Positions 18,401 through 27,809 of a stretch of 64,000 bases of DNA are shown in pieces; positions within the stretch are counted from its first letter, which is position 1; each line of letters begins with the position of its first letter. The stretch spans positions 39,011-103,010 of the forward strand of contig NZ_DASQNA010000017.1 in assembly GCF_035645195.1 (NCBI RefSeq). Reading direction: 5' to 3'. The position numbers were made by a program, and so were the translations under genes. This DNA comes from Paenibacillus sp. (GTDB lineage Bacteria; Bacillota; Bacilli; Paenibacillales; YIM-B00363). Below the pieces are notes generated by a model, which was not told the DNA's origin, did no database searches, and worked only from the letters and a program-made list of their open reading frames with translations.

Positions 18401-19198
18401 ATGAATTACCATACCGAGGCCGATTCGGCGCCCGTCAAGCTAGAGCTGCGCTCGATCGGGAAAACGTACGACATCGGCGGGCAAACGGCCGAGGTGCTTT
18501 CCGGGATCGACCTGACGGTGCGCGATAAACAGTTCGTCTCCGTCGTCGGTCCTTCGGGAAGCGGGAAAAGCACGCTGTTTTACATCATCGGCGGGTTGAC
18601 GCCCCCGACGACGGGCACGGTCTGGCTCGACGGCCGGGACGTAACCGGCCGGCGGGGCCTTATCAGCTACATGCCGCAGCACGACAGCATGTTTCCGTGG
18701 CGGACGGTGCTCGATAACGTCATCCTGTCGCAGGAAATCGCCGGCGTGCCGAAAGCCGAAGCGCGAAGGACGGCCGCGGAATGGCTGCATCGCGTCGGCT
18801 TGGGCGGCTACGAAGGGGCGCTGCCTCATCAGCTGTCGGGCGGCATGCGGCAGCGGGCGTCGTTCCTGCGCGCGCTGTTAAGCCCGAGGGAGCTCATGTG
18901 CTTGGACGAGCCGTTCGGCGCGCTGGACGCGCTGACCCGGCTCGACATGCAGCAGTGGCTGCTTCGCATGTGGGAGGAGACGCGCCGCTCCGTGCTGTTC
19001 GTGACGCACAGCATCGAGGAGGCGCTGCTGCTGTCGGATCGCGTCTACGTGCTCGCCGGCCGGCCCGCCGTCGTGGCGGACGTCGTCGACGTGCCGTTCG
19101 GGCGGCCGCGGGACGAGACGGTGACGTCCGAGCGGGCGTTCCTCGACTTGAAGAAACGGATTTACGAAACGCTTCGGGGAGGGCGGCTGCACGTATGA
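18401..19198 (+). CDS. ABC ATP-binding protein (ThiZ-type)
   Basis: GPSGSGKS, LSGGMRQR, LDEPFGALD. Confidence 0.9.
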   Translation: MNYHTEADSAPVKLELRSIGKTYDIGGQTAEVLSGIDLTVRDKQFVSVVGPSGSGKSTLFYIIGGLTPPTTGTVWLDGRDVTGRRGLISYMPQHDSMFPWRTVLDNVILSQEIAGVPKAEARRTAAEWLHRVGLGGYEGALPHQLSGGMRQRASFLRALLSPRELMCLDEPFGALDALTRLDMQQWLLRMWEETRRSVLFVTHSIEEALLLSDRVYVLAGRPAVVADVVDVPFGRPRDETVTSERAFLDLKKRIYETLRGGRLHV

Positions 19199-19995
19199 GC
19201 GCGCCCTATTGCTGGGATACGCATATTCACCTGGAACAGTACGGGGAGCGGGCGGACGCGCTCGTGCGCGAAAGTGCCGCGGCCGGCGTCGAGGCGATAG
19301 TCGCCGTCTCGATGGACCTCGCCTCGTGCGAGCGCACCGCCGCCTTGGCCGCCGCGCACCCGGGCGTCGTCCGGCCGGCGTACGGCTTCCATCCGGAGCA
19401 GCCGCTGCCGGATGATGCCGCCCTGGACCGTCTGTTCGACTGGATGGAGCGGCTCGCGGCCCGCGGCGAACGGTTCGCCGTCGGCGAGGTCGGGCTGCCG
19501 TATTACACCCGCACGGAGGCGGAGCACTCAGGCTCGGCGTTCGACGAAGGGCCGTATGTCAGGTTGCTCGAACGGTTCGTCGCGTTCGCCGCGCGGCGGA
19601 ACCTCGCGATCGCGCTGCACGCGGTGTACGAGGATGCGCATAAGGCGCTGGACGTGCTGGAGAAGCACGGCGCGCGGCGGGCGCATTTCCATTGGTTCAA
19701 GGGCGACGCGGAGGCGGTGCGCCGCATCGTGCGGCTCGGGGCGATGGTATCGTTCACGCCCGACTGCTTGTACGACGACGAGACGCGGTCGCTGCTTCGG
19801 GCGTTCCCGCTGTCCGCGATGCTGACGGAGACGGACGGGCCTTGGCCGTTCGAGGGGCCTTACGAGGGCCGCGCCACGCATCCGGCGATGACGCGCGACG
19901 TCGTCGCCGCCATCGCCGAGGCGCACGGGATCGCGCCCGAGGAGGCCGCCGCGGCGCTTCGCCGCAACGCCGAGCGTCTGTACGGCGATTCATGA
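19195..19995 (+). CDS. TatD family metal-dependent hydrolase
   Basis: DTHIH, GFHPE, VGEVGL, LHAV, HFHWF and ETDGPW motifs. ATG overlaps the upstream stop codon. Confidence 0.9.
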   Translation: MSAPYCWDTHIHLEQYGERADALVRESAAAGVEAIVAVSMDLASCERTAALAAAHPGVVRPAYGFHPEQPLPDDAALDRLFDWMERLAARGERFAVGEVGLPYYTRTEAEHSGSAFDEGPYVRLLERFVAFAARRNLAIALHAVYEDAHKALDVLEKHGARRAHFHWFKGDAEAVRRIVRLGAMVSFTPDCLYDDETRSLLRAFPLSAMLTETDGPWPFEGPYEGRATHPAMTRDVVAAIAEAHGIAPEEAAAALRRNAERLYGDS

Positions 19996-19998
19996 AGC

Positions 19999-20045
19999 AG
20001 GGCTTCCCGCGCCGCTTGGCGGCGCAGGAAGCCCTTTGGTTTTTG
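19999..20045 (+). terminator. Intrinsic terminator
   Basis: AGGGCTTCC / GGAAGCCCT stem with a T-rich tail. Confidence 0.65.
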
Positions 20046-20091
20046 CGCGAGCCGGCCGGGCTGGCGGCGGTTTCTCCGGCGCCCGCGGCCG

Positions 20092-20652
20092 GGAATAGTC
20101 GGATTATCTCCGACTAAATCGTCCCAACCAGCGCCCGCGGCGGGAATAGTCGGAGTATCTCCGACTAAATCGCCTCAACCGGCGCCCGCGTCCGGAATAG
20201 TCGGAGTTTTTCCGACTAAATCGCCTCAACCGGCGCCCGCGTCCGGAATAGTCGGAGTTTCTCCGACTAAATCGCCTCAACCGGCACCCGCGTCCGGAAT
20301 AGTCGGAGTTTCTCCGACTAAATCGCCCCAACCGCCGCCCGCGTCCGGAATAGTCGGAGTATCTCCGACTAAATCGCTCCAACCGGCGCCCGCGGCCGGA
20401 ATAGTCGGAGTCTCTCCGACTAAATCGCCTCAACCGGCGCCCGCGTCCGGAATAGTCGGAGTTTCTCCGACTAAATCGCCCGAACCGCCGCCCGCGTCCG
20501 GAATAGTCGGAGTTTCTCCGACTAAATCGCCCGAACCGCCGCCCGCGACCGCAATAGTCGGAGTTTCTCCGACGAAATCGCCCCAACCGGCGCCTGCGGC
20601 CGGAATAGTCGGAGTTTCTCCGACTAAATCGCCCGAACCACCGCCCGCGGCC
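20092..20652. repeat. 11 x 51 bp tandem palindromic array
   Basis: Unit starts at 20092, 20143, ... 20602, exactly 51 bp apart. Most units contain TAGTCGGAG-N3-CTCCGACTA (units 1 and 10 have one mismatch) plus a GC-rich, slightly variable 21 bp linker. Confidence 0.95.
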
Positions 20653-20669
20653 GCCCGTCGAAGTTTCGC

Positions 20670-20858
20670 TTATTCGTATCGATTATGGGATCGCCCGTAA
20701 GAGAACAACGAATGAAACCGGCTGCGCACGCCGTCGATGAACCGGGTCAGCCGGGCCTGCGCCTGCAGCCAATCCTCGGACCATTCCCGAACGGCCTCCT
20801 CTCGCGAGGATTGCCACTGCTCCATGGCGCGCCGGCGATATTCGGAATCGAAATCCAT
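20670..20858 (-). CDS. Small hypothetical protein (62 aa)
   Basis: GGGAGG RBS 8 nt before ATG 20858 and a strong sigmaA promoter upstream; MDFDSEYRRRAMEQWQSSREEAVREWSEDWL... Confidence 0.6.
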   Translation of the reverse strand: MDFDSEYRRRAMEQWQSSREEAVREWSEDWLQAQARLTRFIDGVRSRFHSLFSYGRSHNRYE

Positions 20859-20907
20859 AGGCAAGCCCTCCCGTTATAAGAAGTCAGAAAATTCTGTCTT
20901 AACTAAA

Positions 20908-20936
20908 ATGATAGCGCTTTCTCCACTATATGTCAA
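20908..20936 (-). promoter_or_regulatory. sigmaA promoter
   Basis: TTGACA-N17-TATCAT on the minus strand. Confidence 0.75.
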
Positions 20937-21060
20937 TGCGCCGCCGTTGGTGCTTGTCCGTTCCCGACAGAAGCGAGCGAGACGGGCGTCGCAAAGCAAA
21001 TGTAACCATCTCTCGACCGCGGGCAGGGATATCCCTTCCTCTCGGCGAATAGGATGTGGC

Positions 21061-21087
21061 GGGAACTTGCAGCCGCCGTGCTTCGTA
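21061..21087 (+). promoter_or_regulatory. ECF-sigma-like promoter
   Basis: GGGAAC-N17-CGTA resembles the AAC...CGT pattern of sigmaW/M/V promoters. Confidence 0.4.
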
Positions 21088-21121
21088 TTATTGGCAATGG
21101 AACCGAGAGGAGGACGCCTGC

Positions 21122-21583
21122 TTGGCTCGATTGGAATATCGGTTGTCGCATGCGACGGACGAATCCCCGCTGTTATACGTTTACAACTATATCGACAAAG
21201 ACGAAATTTCGATGAGATTTGCCTGCGATTATTACGTCAAAGAAGGCGTCGTTTACGAAAAGCTGAGCGCCGCTTTCGTAAGAGGGCTGTATGTCATATA
21301 CGTCCGAGTCGCGGCAGAGGAGAATGCGGCCGCGCCGGACGCCGCGGGAGGCTCTGCGCTCGGCCCGGGCATCCGCGTCGAGCTGCGGCACTTCCGGGAG
21401 GAGGCTGATGTTTATCCGCTGTTGCACACGTTCCGGTTTGCGGACGACGACGATGCGCTGCTGCTGCTCCAGACGGACGTCGTGGAGTGGAACGGGCGCG
21501 AATGGACGAAGTCGTCGACGGAGGTCGACGAGGATCGCGGCGTGTACGTGTATTACGCGATGGCGCCCGAAGCGGCGAGATAG
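21122..21583 (+). CDS. Hypothetical protein with apparent internal duplication
   Basis: GGAGG RBS and TTG start. Halves PLLYVYNYIDKDE...EKLS...RGLYVIYV and PLLHTFRFADDDD...TKSS...RGVYVYYA. Confidence 0.7.
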   Translation: MARLEYRLSHATDESPLLYVYNYIDKDEISMRFACDYYVKEGVVYEKLSAAFVRGLYVIYVRVAAEENAAAPDAAGGSALGPGIRVELRHFREEADVYPLLHTFRFADDDDALLLLQTDVVEWNGREWTKSSTEVDEDRGVYVYYAMAPEAAR

Positions 21584-21598
21584 AGAGGGGGAAGCGGC

Positions 21599-21901
21599 AT
21601 GGAGAAGCTGGTGACGAAACGGATGGCGGGCTTATTTTTGGCGACGGCGCTGACGGTGTCGGGCTGTTCGTCTTCGGGCGCGCTGGACGACGACGAATGT
21701 TTCGACGACGACGCGAACGGATATTGCGACGACAACGGCGACGGCGCGTACGGGATGCACTACGTGAACGGGCGCAAGGCGTATTACCGCGCCGGCGTCG
21801 CCGACATCGACATCGACGGCAAGAAGAAAACGTCCGGCATTTCGAAGGGCGTATCCGGCTCGAAGGGCGGCATCGGCAGCTCGACGAGCAGCGGCGGGTG
21901 A
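21599..21901 (+). CDS. Small lipoprotein with acidic/Cys core and Gly/Ser-rich tail
   Basis: VSGC lipobox, ECFDDDANGYC, and tail SGISKGVSGSKGGIGSSTSSGG. Confidence 0.8.
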   Translation: MEKLVTKRMAGLFLATALTVSGCSSSGALDDDECFDDDANGYCDDNGDGAYGMHYVNGRKAYYRAGVADIDIDGKKKTSGISKGVSGSKGGIGSSTSSGG

Positions 21902-21906
21902 TCGAC

Positions 21907-23163
21907 ATGAACGCGACCGTATATGAGAAGCAGCGCGAGCGATTATACGCGCCTCTGCGCGAGACCGGTGAGTTCGTCTGGGAGACGATCGACGGGGACG
22001 AATACGCCTTGGCCGATCCGCAGCCGATTTCGCGCAGTCTTCGCCGAACGCTGCAGGAGGCGGCGGAACGATTAGGGCGCGTCTATGCTCGAGTCGTCGC
22101 CGTCGTGCGCGAATCCGACGACAAGCTGCTGCGGCAGCTGGGGCTGCCGGAAGCGACGCGCGGCGCGGTCCGCCTGCCGATGCTCGGCGGCGCCGCGACC
22201 GTGATCGGGCGGTTCGACTTCGCGGCGACGGACGACGGCGTCAAGATGCTCGAATGGAACAGCGATACGCCGACCAGCGTCGTCGAAGCGTTCCGCGTCA
22301 ACGGCGCCGTCTGCCGCGCGCTCGGCTTGGCGGATCCGAACGAGGGCATGGCTTCGGGCATCGGCGCCGCCTTCCGCGCGGCCGTAGACGCCTATCGCGA
22401 CGCGGGCTGGCGCATCGACGCGGACCGCATCGCGTTCGCGGCGCTCGATTGGCACGAGGAAGACGCGGGAACGACGCGCTACCTGCTCGAGGCGGCCGGC
22501 ATCGGCGGGCGGTTCGTGCCGCTGTCTTCGCTGCGCGTCCACCGCGATCGGCTGTGCGTGCTCGAGGAGGATGGCGTCACGCATACGCCGATCGACCTGC
22601 TGTACCGCCTGCACGCGCTGGAGAAGCTGGCGGAGGAGCGCGACCATGACGGGTACCCCACCGGCGCGCACGTGCTCGATTTGGTCGCGCGCCGGAAGCT
22701 GGCGCTGATCAATCCGCCGTCCGCCTTCATCGCGCAGACGAAGGCGCTGCAGGCGCTCATCTGGAGCCTGCACGAGCAGCGCACGTTCTTCACCCGCGAA
22801 GAACACGACGCGATCGAGGCGTTCATGCTGCCGACGTACATGGACAACGTCTTCCACGGGTCGACTCCGTACGTTTGCAAGCCGATTTTCGGCAGGGAAG
22901 GCGGCGCTGTTGTCCTGTACGACGCGAACGGCGAAGCGGCGGAGCGCGACGGCGAATCACTGTATTGGGATCAGCCGTCGGTCTACCAGCGCCGCGTGGA
23001 GCTGCCCCCCGTCCGCGTCAGGACGCTGCGGGGCGAAGTCGAAGGGCGGCTGCTGTGGGGCGCCTTCCTCGTCGGCGGACGGCCGTCGGCGATCGTCGCC
23101 CGCGTCGGCGGGCGCATTACCGGCAACGCGGCGTTCTATGCGCCTGTTGCGCTGCAGGATTGA
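21907..23163 (+). CDS. Glutathionylspermidine synthase-like ATP-grasp ligase (YgiC-like)
   Basis: GRFDF, LEWNSDTPT, LYRLHALE and KPIFGREG motifs. No amidase domain is visible. Confidence 0.9.
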   Translation: MNATVYEKQRERLYAPLRETGEFVWETIDGDEYALADPQPISRSLRRTLQEAAERLGRVYARVVAVVRESDDKLLRQLGLPEATRGAVRLPMLGGAATVIGRFDFAATDDGVKMLEWNSDTPTSVVEAFRVNGAVCRALGLADPNEGMASGIGAAFRAAVDAYRDAGWRIDADRIAFAALDWHEEDAGTTRYLLEAAGIGGRFVPLSSLRVHRDRLCVLEEDGVTHTPIDLLYRLHALEKLAEERDHDGYPTGAHVLDLVARRKLALINPPSAFIAQTKALQALIWSLHEQRTFFTREEHDAIEAFMLPTYMDNVFHGSTPYVCKPIFGREGGAVVLYDANGEAAERDGESLYWDQPSVYQRRVELPPVRVRTLRGEVEGRLLWGAFLVGGRPSAIVARVGGRITGNAAFYAPVALQD

Positions 23164-23199
23164 AGCGAACCGATACACGGATAAGGAGCGTGAACGAAC

Positions 23200-23634
23200 A
23201 TGAGTCAGTGGGAATTTATTACGAATTTCTTCCTGTATTTGATCGTGGCGGTGCCGATGATGGGCGTCGGCATCTTGGTGTTCCAATTGACGACGCCCTA
23301 CAACGAGTTCGCGTTGATTCGCGAGGGTGCGGATCCGAACGACCCGACGAAGCAAGCGGCGGCGAAAGCCGCGGCGCACGACCTGGGCGGCAAAATCATC
23401 GGCCTTGCCATCGTGCTCGCGTCGGCGGTGTACCATTCGATCGGGTTGTGGGACCTCGCGCTGTGGGGATTGATCGGCGTAGCGGCCCAGGTCGGCGTGT
23501 TTTATTTGTTCGAATGGCTGACGCCGTTCCGGGTCGTCAGCGAAATTCCGAAGGGCAACGTGTCCGTCGGCTTGTTCGCTTCCCGTCTCAGCATCGCTAC
23601 GGGCGTGCTCCTGGCGGCGCTCATCAGCTATTGA
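23200..23634 (+). CDS. DUF350 (YjfL-like) membrane protein
   Basis: LTTPYNEFALIREG and GNVSVG motifs; four TM helices. Confidence 0.85.
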   Translation: MSQWEFITNFFLYLIVAVPMMGVGILVFQLTTPYNEFALIREGADPNDPTKQAAAKAAAHDLGGKIIGLAIVLASAVYHSIGLWDLALWGLIGVAAQVGVFYLFEWLTPFRVVSEIPKGNVSVGLFASRLSIATGVLLAALISY

Positions 23635-23665
23635 CGAACAACGAAAAAAATCTTCAAAATAGGGG

Positions 23666-23694
23666 TTGAAAAAAATCGAGTTACCGAATATAAT
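23666..23694 (+). promoter_or_regulatory. sigmaA promoter of the tRNA
   Basis: TTGAAA-N17-TATAAT. Confidence 0.85.
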
Positions 23695-23718
23695 AAATTT
23701 CGTTGACTCGAAAGATTC

Positions 23719-23794
<76 letters not shown>

Positions 23795-23810
23795 TCCCAT
23801 TAAATATGAC

Positions 23811-23839
23811 GCGCGGTTCCCATGGGGGCCGCGTTTTTT
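23811..23839 (+). terminator. tRNA terminator
   Basis: CGCGGTTCCC / GGGGCCGCG stem followed by T6. Confidence 0.75.
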
Positions 23840-23965
23840 GCGCCTATCGAGCGCCGGTCGGAAGGTTCCCGCCCGGCGTTTTTTGATGCAGGGAAAATTT
23901 TTTCTTAATTTTCGGCGACTCCGGGGATACTACGGGAAACTTGCGACGTTCGGAGGGAGTCGTCT

Positions 23966-24967
23966 ATGAAGGAGCACCACATTCCGTTAACCGCCGGGGA
24001 AATCGCCGCCTTGTGGACGGGGTATATGAGCGACGAGATGAGCCATTGCGTGCTTCGCCACTTCGCGGCCACCGTGGAGGACGCGCAAATTCGATCGGTC
24101 GTGGAGTATGCGCTCACGTTAACGGAAGAGCATCTTGCGTTCAAAAGGGAGCGGTTCGATCGCGAGCGGTTTCCGACGCCGAGGGGGTTCGGGGACGGGG
24201 ACGTCAATCTGGAAGCGCCGCGTCTGTTCTCCGACAAGTTCATGCTGTTTTATTTGCGGCAAATGGGCATCACAGGGCTCTCGGCGTACGGGGTGGCGTG
24301 CGGATGCTCGCCGCGGGCGGATGTGCGCGCGTTTTACTCGCATAACGTCCATACGACGTTGGAGCTGTTAAACCGGTCGACGGATTTGCTGCTCGAGAAA
24401 GGCATATTCGTGCGCGCTCCGCAGTTCCCGTTTCCCGAAACGCCGGAATTCGTCGAGAACGCGGGATGGCTCTCGGGGTGGTTCGGCGACCGGCGCCCGC
24501 TCAACGCCGTCGAGGTGACGCATTTGTGGCTGAACACCCTGACCAACGCCTTGGGCCGATCGTTGATGCTCGGATTCGCGCAGGTGGCGTCCTCGGCCGA
24601 CATTCGGAAATATTTCATCCGCGGCATGGAAATCTCCCGCAAGCATATCGATGTGTTCAGCTCGCGGCTGGAACAGGATCAGCTGCCGCCGCCGATGACG
24701 TACGACGTGGAGGTGACAACCTCGAAAGAGCCGCCGTTTTCCGAAAAGCTGATGCTGTTCCATACCATCTCGCTGTGCGGGGTTGGACTCGCGAACTACG
24801 GCGCGGCGATCGGGTCGAGTCCGAGAAGGGATTTGGCGATGGATTACGCAAGGCTGGCGAGCGAAGTCGGAACGTATGCCGACGACGGCGCGGAGCTGAT
24901 GATCGCGCGAGGGTGGATGGAGAAAATCCCCAGCGTTCCGGAGCGCGAGGCGCTCGTCAACTCCTGA
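23966..24967 (+). CDS. DUF3231 family protein
   Basis: Two repeated domains (LTAGEIAALW; LNAVEVTHLW) with LFSDKFML, PFSEKLML and GWMEKIP motifs. Confidence 0.9.
   Translation: MKEHHIPLTAGEIAALWTGYMSDEMSHCVLRHFAATVEDAQIRSVVEYALTLTEEHLAFKRERFDRERFPTPRGFGDGDVNLEAPRLFSDKFMLFYLRQMGITGLSAYGVACGCSPRADVRAFYSHNVHTTLELLNRSTDLLLEKGIFVRAPQFPFPETPEFVENAGWLSGWFGDRRPLNAVEVTHLWLNTLTNALGRSLMLGFAQVASSADIRKYFIRGMEISRKHIDVFSSRLEQDQLPPPMTYDVEVTTSKEPPFSEKLMLFHTISLCGVGLANYGAAIGSSPRRDLAMDYARLASEVGTYADDGAELMIARGWMEKIPSVPEREALVNS
24910..24963 (+). repeat. Left 54 bp direct repeat bounding the island (DUF3231 3' end)
   Basis: Matches 51259-51312 with 2 mismatches. Confidence 0.92.
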
Positions 24968-25609
24968 CGCCGGTGGGTCACGTTTCGATTCTGCAGTCTC
25001 GGTGCGTATGGCGATTGGACCTCATTAAGAAAACTGTGAAATCGCGAAGGTCTCGCGAACTTCGCCCTGCAGTTTCTCGTGATAACGCCGTCTACGGCAC
25101 CGAGACCCTTAGCGGAATGTTGCTGAGTACACAGAATGGCATGCACGTAAGCGCCTCCAGAACATTTCGGCAACCGCTCCTCAGTGGAATACTGGGAAAC
25201 GATCGCCGCCAAACATACTCAGTACCTTACCTCTAATTGACGGTGCTATGCCCAGAGTTTTCGCGAGGTACCCAAGTTCCTTATTTTAACAATCCAATTT
25301 TTGTCGAATTTTGTATTCAGATTGTGTATTATTACACTAATATACAATTTGTTCTATTAGTACGACTGGTCTTTCCGGACTACTCCAAAGTTCATGTTTA
25401 TCTACGCGACGATTCTAAATCGTCCCGAAATGAGAGAGTTGGCTGAAAAATTAGGCGTGGATTATGTGCCATTTCTCATCTACGCTCGTCCTGACGTTCG
25501 ATGTGGATATGATTCCAATGCAAAGCTTCTTAGGAGTCTGGGGCCCCTGCTTTTTACCGCAGCAGAATAGGTTCGCATTCGTCCAGAGTAAGTTTACGGG
25601 GTTGACGAA

Positions 25610-26095
25610 CAAGAAAGTCATCGCGGACAGATGAGATAGTCCTCCGGTATTCGCCTCAGGTTGTTTTCTATTTGGTGGCCACAAGTATATTCCGTTCATG
25701 GAGCTACTCCAGCAGAAGCGTTGAAAAACAATGTCTTCGGGACAAATACGGGTAGATGTTTCGTGAGAAAGCGTTCAATCCGACGAGCGCGATGAGCGCG
25801 TCGAAACATATGTACATACGATCAGCAACCAAATACGTTGCCGTCCGCAGCAACATACTCGGCAGACGGTGCAGCGTGATTCTCAGGTTCGAGGAGCAAT
25901 CACGGCCGGCGGTTCGGTGAGGGTGACGTGCAATTCGAGATGGTTCGGTACATAATGACGATGCCTGTGGAGTCGTGCAGCTTGTAATTCAAAGCGGTTC
26001 ATTCACTAAAGGAGGCGAAATTTTCGTGCCCGATATGGGAAAGTCGGTGAAAATAGTAACGCTTGCTGAAAATTGATTCGCCTGTCCGGCTTTAC
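25610..26095 (+). pseudogene. capD: CapD/PglF-type UDP-GlcNAc 4,6-dehydratase remnant
   Basis: Frameshifted fragments in the correct order: [73 protein letters not shown]. Confidence 0.85.
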
Positions 26096-26298
26096 GCCGT
26101 AACGGAGATCGGTCAACTCCGCGCATCATATTATGTAAAATAGGAAATTCGAACTCGGAATGGTAATTAAGCACTAGGAAAAAAGGAATAACGGAGGGGC
26201 AGGAATCGATCCGGGATGTAATTGACAGCAGTAGTATTGTAGTATTAAACCTTCTGCAAGCATGTGCCTTGAGTTATACTTATAAAGGCGGAATCAAC

Positions 26299-26570
26299 AT
26301 GAAAGTACGAAAAGCCATCATTCCTGCCCCGGTCTCTGTACAAGATTTTGCCTAGGACAAAAACAATGCCGTTTCGACAACTCTATTAGATTTGAGCACA
26401 ACTTGTACTACAAAGGGATGATGGACTTGTTGCAGGAAGTGCAAAGGTCCTCAAAAATGATAAACATTCGTTACATTTGCCAGAAGGAAGACCACGCTGT
26501 CTGGTGCGCTCGGAGTTTACCGGGGAAGAACCGTTCGTCGTGTTGATGGGTAATGATGTCGTACAAGCGT
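26299..26570 (+). pseudogene. galU: UTP-glucose-1-phosphate uridylyltransferase remnant
   Basis: MKVRKAIIPA, then broken fragments INIRYICQKE, HAVWCAR and EEPFVVLMGNDVV. Confidence 0.85.
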
Positions 26571-26678
26571 TAACTATCAGTAGTACATAACGATTTTAGT
26601 TAGTGGTTTAGTAGTTGGTTAGGGGTAGCTTCTAATCTACTCTAAAATATTAACTTAACAAGGAAGGAAGCCTAGAGG

Positions 26679-27809
26679 ATGGAGTCGACAAAAGTAAAAA
26701 AAAGAATATTTCTCTCTTCCCCACATATGAGTGATGAAGGGTATGAAATGCAATATATAAAGGAAGCTTTCGATACAAACTGGATTGCACCCCTTGGCGA
26801 AAACGTAAATGAATTTGAAAGGGAGCTTGCTGAGAAGGTTGGTTCTAAAGCTGCTGCAGCACTGTCTTCAGGAACAGCTGCTATTCATCTAGCTCTTAAG
26901 GCGGCAGGAGTCGGAGAAGGGGATATTGTATTCTGTCCAACACTTACTTTCGCTGCCACTGCAAATCCGATCATCTATCAAAATGCTATTCCAGTATTTA
27001 TCGATAGTGATTATGAAACTTGGAATATGAGCCCAAAAGCATTAGAAGAAGCCTTTGAAAAGTATCCAGAAGTGAAGGCGGTACTGGTCGTTCATTTATA
27101 CGGTTTGTCAGCAGATATGGACAAAATTATGAAGATTTGTAAGGGACATAACGTTACGGTTATTGAAGATGCTGCTGAGTCTCTGGGTACTTACTATAAA
27201 GGTAAGCATACTGGAACTTTCGGTGATTATGGCATCTTTTCTTTTAATGGAAACAAGATTATCACAACTTCCGGGGGTGGAATGCTTGTTTCGGATAATG
27301 AGGAAAAAATTGCTAAGGTAAGATATTGGGCCACTCAATCCCGGGATCAAGCAAGACATTTCCAGCATAGTGAATTAGGATTTAATTATCGGATGAGTAA
27401 CATTGTTGCTGGGATTGGTAGAGGTCAGCTTAAAGTATTAAATCAAAGAATTTCCAAGAAGTACTACATTTTTGAGTTTTATAAAAGAGAACTTGATGGG
27501 CTTGAAGGCATTCAATTCATGCCGAGCAATGAATGGGATGAACCAAATTATTGGTTAAGCTCAATAACATTGTCTGGAAAAGTAAGGCCTATTAATATTT
27601 TTAAAGCGTTGGATGCTGAAAACATTGAGTCAAGACCAGTATGGAAACCAATGCATATGCAACCTTTCTTTGAGAAATATGACTTTATTGGTGAAGGTGT
27701 ATCAGAGAAACTGTTCCAGAATGGTGTATGTTTGCCATCTGATACGAAAATGACGGATGAGGACTTAGAAAGAGTCGTTAAGACTATTAAAGGGTTGTGG
27801 TTAGATTAA
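26679..27809 (+). CDS. DegT/DnrJ/EryC1 aminotransferase (PglE/EpsN-like)
   Basis: IFLSSPHM, IEDAAESLG, SFNGNKIITTSGGG. Confidence 0.93.
   Translation: MESTKVKKRIFLSSPHMSDEGYEMQYIKEAFDTNWIAPLGENVNEFERELAEKVGSKAAAALSSGTAAIHLALKAAGVGEGDIVFCPTLTFAATANPIIYQNAIPVFIDSDYETWNMSPKALEEAFEKYPEVKAVLVVHLYGLSADMDKIMKICKGHNVTVIEDAAESLGTYYKGKHTGTFGDYGIFSFNGNKIITTSGGGMLVSDNEEKIAKVRYWATQSRDQARHFQHSELGFNYRMSNIVAGIGRGQLKVLNQRISKKYYIFEFYKRELDGLEGIQFMPSNEWDEPNYWLSSITLSGKVRPINIFKALDAENIESRPVWKPMHMQPFFEKYDFIGEGVSEKLFQNGVCLPSDTKMTDEDLERVVKTIKGLWLD

Noticed and set aside
20104-20586. 160 aa Arg-rich repeat ORF
   Set aside because: It is the 51 bp array read in frame, with no RBS and an implausible composition.
20092-20652. 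CRISPR array
   Set aside because: The linkers are only 21 bp and are variants of one sequence rather than unique spacers. There is no leader and no cas gene in the window.
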